A DNA stretch of 64,000 nucleotides. Origin: Myxococcales bacterium SG8_38. GTDB taxonomy: Bacteria > Myxococcota_A > Polyangia > Polyangiales > Houyiibacteriaceae. The notes beneath the pieces were generated by a model. That model did no database searches. It was not told the DNA's origin and was given only the letters and a program-made list of their open reading frames with translations. The stretch is taken from assembly GCA_001303415.1 (NCBI GenBank), contig LJTN01000029.1, positions 1,156 through 65,155 of the forward strand. Direction: 5' to 3'. Within the stretch, counting starts at the first letter, position 1, and each line of letters opens with the position of its first letter. The position numbers were made by a program, and so were the translations under genes. Positions 57,710-64,000 of the stretch are shown piece by piece.

Positions 57710-57744
57710 AAAACGGAAAAGCCGGGGCTTTGCAGCTCCCGGCT
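57710..57744 (-). terminator. Rho-independent terminator of groESL
   Basis: The minus strand reads AGCCGGG-agctgcaaagc-CCCGGCT followed by TTTCCGTTTT, beginning 28 nt after the groEL stop. Confidence 0.6.
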
Positions 57745-57771
57745 CTCCCTGTGTCGGCTTTTGGCGATGGG

Positions 57772-59704
<1,933 letters not shown>

Positions 59705-59746
59705 TTAATCCCTCCATTTCGGGTATTTACGCTACCCGGTAACTCG

Positions 59747-59773
59747 TTGGCACTCATCGACCGAGAGTGCTGA
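59747..59773. promoter_or_regulatory. CIRCE (HrcA operator) inverted repeat TTGGCACTC-N9-GAGTGCTGA
   Basis: Two mismatches to the TTAGCACTC-N9-GAGTGCTAA consensus. It lies 43 nt upstream of the groES start. Confidence 0.85.
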
Positions 59774-59781
59774 TGGGCCGC

Positions 59782-59809
59782 AACCTAATCCTGAAAGTCG
59801 AGGAGTCAA
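59782..59809 (-). promoter_or_regulatory. Candidate groESL promoter (TTGACT-N16-TAGGTT on the minus strand) just upstream of CIRCE
   Basis: The -35 is the complement of 59804-59809 and the -10 is the complement of 59782-59787. Confidence 0.4.
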
Positions 59810-59887
59810 CCGCCGTGGGGGATGTTTCTTACCCCCGGGCGCACGGGTTTGCCCGCGCCATGGGGCCCTGCTAGCCTCCGCCGCCAT

Positions 59888-60133
59888 ATGGCACGCGTCA
59901 CCGTCGAAGATTGCTTGGAGCACGAGGAAAACCGCTTTGCGCTTGTCATCTTGGCTGCCCGAAGGACCCGGCAGCTGCTCAAGGGGGCGCCGTCGCTCGT
60001 GCACAGCAAGAACAAGCCGATCGTGACCGCGCTGCGGGAAATCGCCGATCAAAAAGTCTACTTCGCCCGGCCCGTCAAGAGCGCGGTGCAGGAGTACATC
60101 GTCGAGACCAAGCCGAACGAGTCGTCGCTCTAG
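59888..60133 (+). CDS. rpoZ: DNA-directed RNA polymerase subunit omega
   Basis: [33 protein letters not shown] 59888 was chosen within ORF 59822..60133. Confidence 0.9.
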   Translation: MARVTVEDCLEHEENRFALVILAARRTRQLLKGAPSLVHSKNKPIVTALREIADQKVYFARPVKSAVQEYIVETKPNESSL

Positions 60134-60135
60134 GC

Positions 60136-60192
60136 CGAATCAGGCGTCCTGAGGCTTTGAGGGCGGATCAGTTCAGAGTGTGCTCGGTCTAG
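60136..60192 (+). repeat. Copy 1 of a ~57-nt direct repeat (downstream of rpoZ, upstream of the cyclase gene)
   Basis: cgaatcaggcgtcctgaggctttgagggcggatcagttcagagtgtgctcggtctag aligns with 61885-61940 with 1 indel and 4 mismatches. Confidence 0.85.
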
Positions 60193-60249
60193 GCCACGGC
60201 GCCATCTTTGCAGCCTGACAGTGCCCCAGGTAGCCTGGGTGAGGGGGTC

Positions 60250-61872
60250 ATGGCTCGCATCACCATCATGGGGCCGAGCGGGCGGCAGGAGCGTCAGCTC
60301 TTTCGCCACAATTCGCTCGGGCGCCACCCCCGCAACACGCACCAGGTTCTCGATCGGGTCGTTTCGAAGGAGCACTGCCACATCGACTTGGTCGCGGGTC
60401 ACTACGTCCTGCGGGACCTCGGCTCGCTCAACGGCACCTTCGTCAACGGCCAACGTGTGCAGGAGCGACGGCTCGAGCCCGGCGACGAGATCACCATCGG
60501 CTCCACGCGCATCGTTTTCGAGCCCGCACGGCGTAGCACGCACATTTCTTTCGATGGCCTCGGGGCCGAAGAGCTTCAGGACGCCACCAACCGTTTCAAG
60601 ATCGGCGACTCGGACGCGGGCCCGTTGATTCGCGCGAAGGTTTCCGTTCTAGCGGAGAAGACCTTTTTCGCCGAAGAGCTGATCGAGGACGAAGCGTCGC
60701 TGCGCCGCGACTACGAGAAGCTCCGCGCGAGCTACGAAGTGACGCGCGCCATTGAGATTGGAACCAGTGTCACGGCTTTGTGCAACAAGATCCTCGAAGT
60801 CGCTTTCCGGCTCGTCCCGGCGGACCGAGGGGTGATTCTCCTCCATGACGACCGAGGGCTCCTCGAGCCCGTTTCGGTGCGAACGGGCGAGGGGGTCGAC
60901 CCGGATCAAGAGGTCGTCGTATCGAAGACCGTCCTCGACACCGTGGTCCGCGAAAAGGAAGCCGTCCTGTCGCACGATGCTTCGTCGGATGCTCGCTTTC
61001 AGAGCGCGCAATCCGTGATCATGCAAGGAATCCGTTCAACCATGTGCGTTCCGCTCCTGCACAAGGATACGGTTCTCGGGGTCATGATGTTGGACTCGAA
61101 GCTCGCGACCCACGCGTTTACCGAGAAGGACCTGGCGCTTTTCGAAACGGTCGCCAGCCAGGCTGCGATCGCAATACAAAACACCCTGTTTGCGAAGAAG
61201 CTCGAGCAGGAGGCCGTGATGCGCGAGCGTTTTCGCCGTCTATTGTCTCCCGCCATCGCAGAGCAGGTCCTCTCCGGCGAGCTGGAGGTGAAGAAAGGCG
61301 GGGAGCTTCGAGAAACCACCATCCTCTTCGCGGACATTCGGGGCTTCACCGGCATCAGCGAGTCTTGCGCGCCGCAGGTGGTGGTCGATGCGCTCAACGA
61401 GTATTTCGAGCGCATGGTCGAGATCGTGTTCCGCTACGAGGGAACGCTCGACAAGTTCATCGGTGACGAGATGATGGTGCTCTTCGGAGCGCCTGTCGCT
61501 CATCTCGACGATCCGGTCCGCGCCGTGCGCGCGGCGCTCGAAATGCAGGCAGCGATGGCCGCGCTGAACTTGGGTCACGAAGCGCGTGGGTTGCCGCCTT
61601 TCGAGATCGGCATCGGCATCAACACGGGGGAAGTGGTCGCCGGCTACATCGGAAGCAGCGAAGCGCTCGAATACACCGTGATCGGCGACCCCGTGAACAC
61701 GGGCTCCCGCCTGTGCGCGATCGCAAAGCCGGGGCAGACGCTGATCAGCGAGGGAACCCGTGAAAAGCTGGGCGGCCAGTTCGAGCTGAGAGAGCTCCCC
61801 GACGAGCAACTCAAGGGCAAGACAAGGCCGACCAAGGTCTTCGAGCTGTTGGGCGGCGCCGAGCGCGACTAG
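60250..61872 (+). CDS. FHA-GAF-class III adenylate/guanylate cyclase
   Basis: The FHA domain has GRHPRNTHQV..VSKEHCHI...LRDLGSLNGTFVNG. The GAF-like region has ADRGVILLHDD..VLGVMMLD. The cyclase domain has TILFADIRGFTGISE, KFIGDEMMVLFGAP, IGINTGEVVAGYIGS and YTVIGDPVNTGSRL. ATG 60250 follows GAGGGGG. Confidence 0.9.
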   Translation: MARITIMGPSGRQERQLFRHNSLGRHPRNTHQVLDRVVSKEHCHIDLVAGHYVLRDLGSLNGTFVNGQRVQERRLEPGDEITIGSTRIVFEPARRSTHISFDGLGAEELQDATNRFKIGDSDAGPLIRAKVSVLAEKTFFAEELIEDEASLRRDYEKLRASYEVTRAIEIGTSVTALCNKILEVAFRLVPADRGVILLHDDRGLLEPVSVRTGEGVDPDQEVVVSKTVLDTVVREKEAVLSHDASSDARFQSAQSVIMQGIRSTMCVPLLHKDTVLGVMMLDSKLATHAFTEKDLALFETVASQAAIAIQNTLFAKKLEQEAVMRERFRRLLSPAIAEQVLSGELEVKKGGELRETTILFADIRGFTGISESCAPQVVVDALNEYFERMVEIVFRYEGTLDKFIGDEMMVLFGAPVAHLDDPVRAVRAALEMQAAMAALNLGHEARGLPPFEIGIGINTGEVVAGYIGSSEALEYTVIGDPVNTGSRLCAIAKPGQTLISEGTREKLGGQFELRELPDEQLKGKTRPTKVFELLGGAERD

Positions 61873-61884
61873 ACGAGCGGCGGG

Positions 61885-61940
61885 CGAATCGGCGTCCTGA
61901 GGCTTCGAGGGCGGATCAGCTCAGGGTGTACTCGGTCTAG
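61885..61940 (+). repeat. Copy 2 of the ~57-nt direct repeat (downstream of the cyclase gene, upstream of accA)
   Basis: cgaatcggcgtcctgaggcttcgagggcggatcagctcagggtgtactcggtctag. See copy 1. Confidence 0.85.
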
Positions 61941-61986
61941 CGAGGGCTTTGCGACGCTCTTCAGATGTGCGAAGCATGCGGAGAAC

Positions 61987-62943
61987 ATGGCGCACCTGGA
62001 CTTCGAAGAGCCGTTGGTCGAGCTCGAGGAACGAATCGCGGCCCTCAAAGCGCTGACCGAGGCCGACGACCCCGAAGCCGCGGCGATCGATGCGGAGATC
62101 CGCGCGCTCGAAACGCAGGCCGACCGGCTCCAACGCGAGCTCTACGCTGACCTTGACGTCTGGACGAAGGTGCAGCTCAGCCGTCATCCAGACCGTCCGT
62201 ACTTCCGAGACTACCTCGCCCTGCTGTTCGACGACTTCGTCGAGCTCCATGGCGACCGCGCGTTTCGGGATGATCCTGCGATCATGTGTGGATTTGCGCG
62301 TTTCGACGCGGAAATCGTTGCAGTCGTGGGACATCAAAAGGGCCGAACGGCCAAGGACAAGGCGTATCGCAACTTTGGCATGGCGCATCCGGAGGGCTAC
62401 CGAAAAGCCATTCGCATCATGAAGCTCGCGGAGCAAGCCATGCGGCCGGTGCTCACATTCATCGATACACCCGGTGCCTACCCGGGCATCGGCGCCGAGG
62501 AGCGCGGGCAGGCCGAGGCGATCGGGCGCGCGATCGAAACCATGAGTCAGCTTCGAGTGCCGATTATCAGCACGGTCGTGGGTGAGGGCGGGTCGGGCGG
62601 CGCTCTGGCCATCGGGGTGGCCGATCGCGTCCTGATGCAGGAGTTTGCCACCTACAGTGTGATCACACCGGAGGGATGCGCCTCGATCTTGTGGCGGGAC
62701 GCAGCGCGCGGCCCCGAAGCGGCAGAGCAGCTTCACCTCTTGGCGCATGATGCGGCGTCGCTCGGCGTCATCGACGAGGTGGTTCGGGAGCCGACGGGTG
62801 GGGCCCACCGCAAACCCGAGGAAGCCGCAAGGCTGCTGCGCGATCGGATCCGCGCTCATCTCGACGAGTTGCGCGGGCGTTCAGGCGCTGCGCTGGTCGC
62901 CGAGCGATATCAGCGATTTCGGGCACTTGGCACCTGGCGCTAG
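61987..62943 (+). CDS. accA: Acetyl-CoA carboxylase carboxyltransferase subunit alpha
   Basis: LDFEEPLVELE, RHPDRPY, FIDTPGAYPGIGAEERGQAEAI and GEGGSGGALA. Confidence 0.95.
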   Translation: MAHLDFEEPLVELEERIAALKALTEADDPEAAAIDAEIRALETQADRLQRELYADLDVWTKVQLSRHPDRPYFRDYLALLFDDFVELHGDRAFRDDPAIMCGFARFDAEIVAVVGHQKGRTAKDKAYRNFGMAHPEGYRKAIRIMKLAEQAMRPVLTFIDTPGAYPGIGAEERGQAEAIGRAIETMSQLRVPIISTVVGEGGSGGALAIGVADRVLMQEFATYSVITPEGCASILWRDAARGPEAAEQLHLLAHDAASLGVIDEVVREPTGGAHRKPEEAARLLRDRIRAHLDELRGRSGAALVAERYQRFRALGTWR

Positions 62944-62963
62944 GCACGTCTTTTTTGACGTGC
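62944..62963. terminator. Hairpin GCACGTC-TTTTTT-GACGTGC immediately after the accA stop (no trailing U-tract)
   Basis: A 7-bp perfect stem with a T6 loop, read directly from the sequence. Confidence 0.3.
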
Positions 62964-63002
62964 GTCCTCTGCCGTACCTACGATCCGGATGCGGGGTATG
63001 CC

Positions 63003-63788
63003 GTGAAGAGGCTCGTAGCAACGGTCGTCGTGACGACAGTGTTCGGCTGTAGCTCGGTGGGGCTGCATTCCCAGACCCGCAATGCGTCCGAGGAATCGAC
63101 CCGGGACGCCGAGCTCACCGCGCTTCGTTTGCAAAACGAGGAGCAGGAGCAAGAGCTTCGAGTGCTGCGGAGCCAGCTCGCGCTCGCCCGTGCGGAGGTT
63201 CAGGAGATCAAGGCAGCCGAGGAGCGCGAGCCCGAGCGCGGTAGGAAGCGCGCGGGCGATGATGCCTTGCCCTGGACCGAGCCTGACGCCGTCGAATCAG
63301 AGAGACAGGTGCTCCGGCTGGATGGCGAGCTCGTCGACGAGCGTCTGCCCATCACCTCGGACGTGCCGGACCTACCGGTTCTCATGGAGCCGCAAGAGCC
63401 GGGGCCGGCGTCCGATTCCGATGCGAGCATCGAAGGATATCGTAGAGCGCTCAGCTTGATTCGCGATGAACGATTCCAAGAGGCGTTGGTCGAGCTGGAT
63501 GCATTTCTAGCAGTGCACCCGAGCCATCCCTATTCGGACAATGCGCTCTTTTGGTGCGGCGAAATCCACTACCTGCGGCGCGAGTACGGGCCGGCACTGC
63601 AATACTTCGAACGCATCGACAAGCTGCATCCCTGGGGCAATAAGGCGCCGGACGCGCTCTACCGCATGGGGCAAATCTATCTGAGACGCGGTGATACGGC
63701 TCGTGCTCAGGCTTACTTCGACAAGGTTAGGGAGCAGTTCCCGAATACCGCGGCGGCGCGACTGGCGTTGCGGGAGGACGCATCATGA
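63003..63788 (+). CDS. cpoB: Tol-Pal system protein CpoB/YbgF (lipoprotein, coiled coil plus TPR)
   Basis: GTG 63003 (VKRLVATVVVTTVFGC lipobox). The coiled coil is LRLQNEEQEQELRVLRSQLALARAE. The YbgF-type TPR block is YRRALSLIRDERFQEALVELDAFLAVHPSHPYSDNALFW..APDALYRMGQIYLRRGD. Confidence 0.8.
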   Translation: MKRLVATVVVTTVFGCSSVGLHSQTRNASEESTRDAELTALRLQNEEQEQELRVLRSQLALARAEVQEIKAAEEREPERGRKRAGDDALPWTEPDAVESERQVLRLDGELVDERLPITSDVPDLPVLMEPQEPGPASDSDASIEGYRRALSLIRDERFQEALVELDAFLAVHPSHPYSDNALFWCGEIHYLRREYGPALQYFERIDKLHPWGNKAPDALYRMGQIYLRRGDTARAQAYFDKVREQFPNTAAARLALREDAS

Positions 63789-64000
63789 AGCTGGTGGGAT
63801 GGATGAGCATGGCGACTGTGCTGGTGGCAGGCACCGCGCTGGCGCAGGTCGACGTGGTCATGAACGACCAAGAGGCCGAGAAGAAAAAGGTCGAAGTCCC
63901 TGCGGACATGCCCGAGACGCATTCCGTCATCGAGGGAGATACGCTTTGGGACATCACCGAGCGATACTACGGCGACCCCTACGCATGGCCGCGGGTCTGG
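63785..64000 (+). CDS. LysM-domain protein, N-terminal fragment (runs off the window end)
   Basis: ATG 63785 overlaps the cpoB stop (ATGA). The signal peptide MKLVGWMSMATVLVAGTALA is followed by the LysM start HSVIEGDTLWDITERYYGDPYAWPRVW. Confidence 0.7.
   Translation, partial: MKLVGWMSMATVLVAGTALAQVDVVMNDQEAEKKKVEVPADMPETHSVIEGDTLWDITERYYGDPYAWPRVW

Overview
This is a GC-rich chromosomal window, roughly two-thirds G+C by eye (not computed). Its gene content looks like Myxococcota, with a type IV pilus pilMNOPQ block, a sigma54 enhancer-binding protein, a Ser/Thr kinase, an FHA-GAF-cyclase, an MJ0042-type zinc-ribbon/TPR protein and many lipoproteins. That taxonomic call is inference only. 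I support about 48 protein-coding genes. I recognised no rRNA, tRNA, CRISPR array, transposase or integrase. Housekeeping genes include tyrS, plant-type gshA, pyrE, rsmA, a fused aroK-aroB, sppA, deoC, citrate synthase, apbE, carA, pyrC, pilB, prmC, groES-groEL with a CIRCE operator, rpoZ, accA and cpoB. Eight things seem most worth a second look. (1) A 1,769-aa tandem double UvrA carries four ABC modules. (2) A Bat-like MoxR/DUF58/BatA_N-vWA system of unknown function is split into two loci 13 kb apart. It is extended by an HExxH/TPR protein and a 975-aa coiled-coil membrane protein, and its DUF58 gene has an internal deletion. (3) An M20 peptidase gene has lost the segment carrying its catalytic Glu-Glu region. 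(4) A ~57-nt direct repeat brackets the FHA-GAF-adenylate/guanylate cyclase gene between rpoZ and accA. (5) A well-spaced sigma54-type promoter and an unannotated 55-codon ORF sit in front of the sigma54 activator gene. (6) An AT-rich island, a perfect 17-nt palindrome and a frameshifted XRE-type HTH gene lie directly upstream of pilM. (7) An apparent G5 homopolymer frameshift sits at the 5' end of a HEAT-repeat gene. (8) A nested inverted-repeat structure follows tyrS. Many long ORFs in the six-frame track are antisense or over-extended artefacts of high GC and were rejected. All family calls rest on motifs I can read in the translations. No database search was run.
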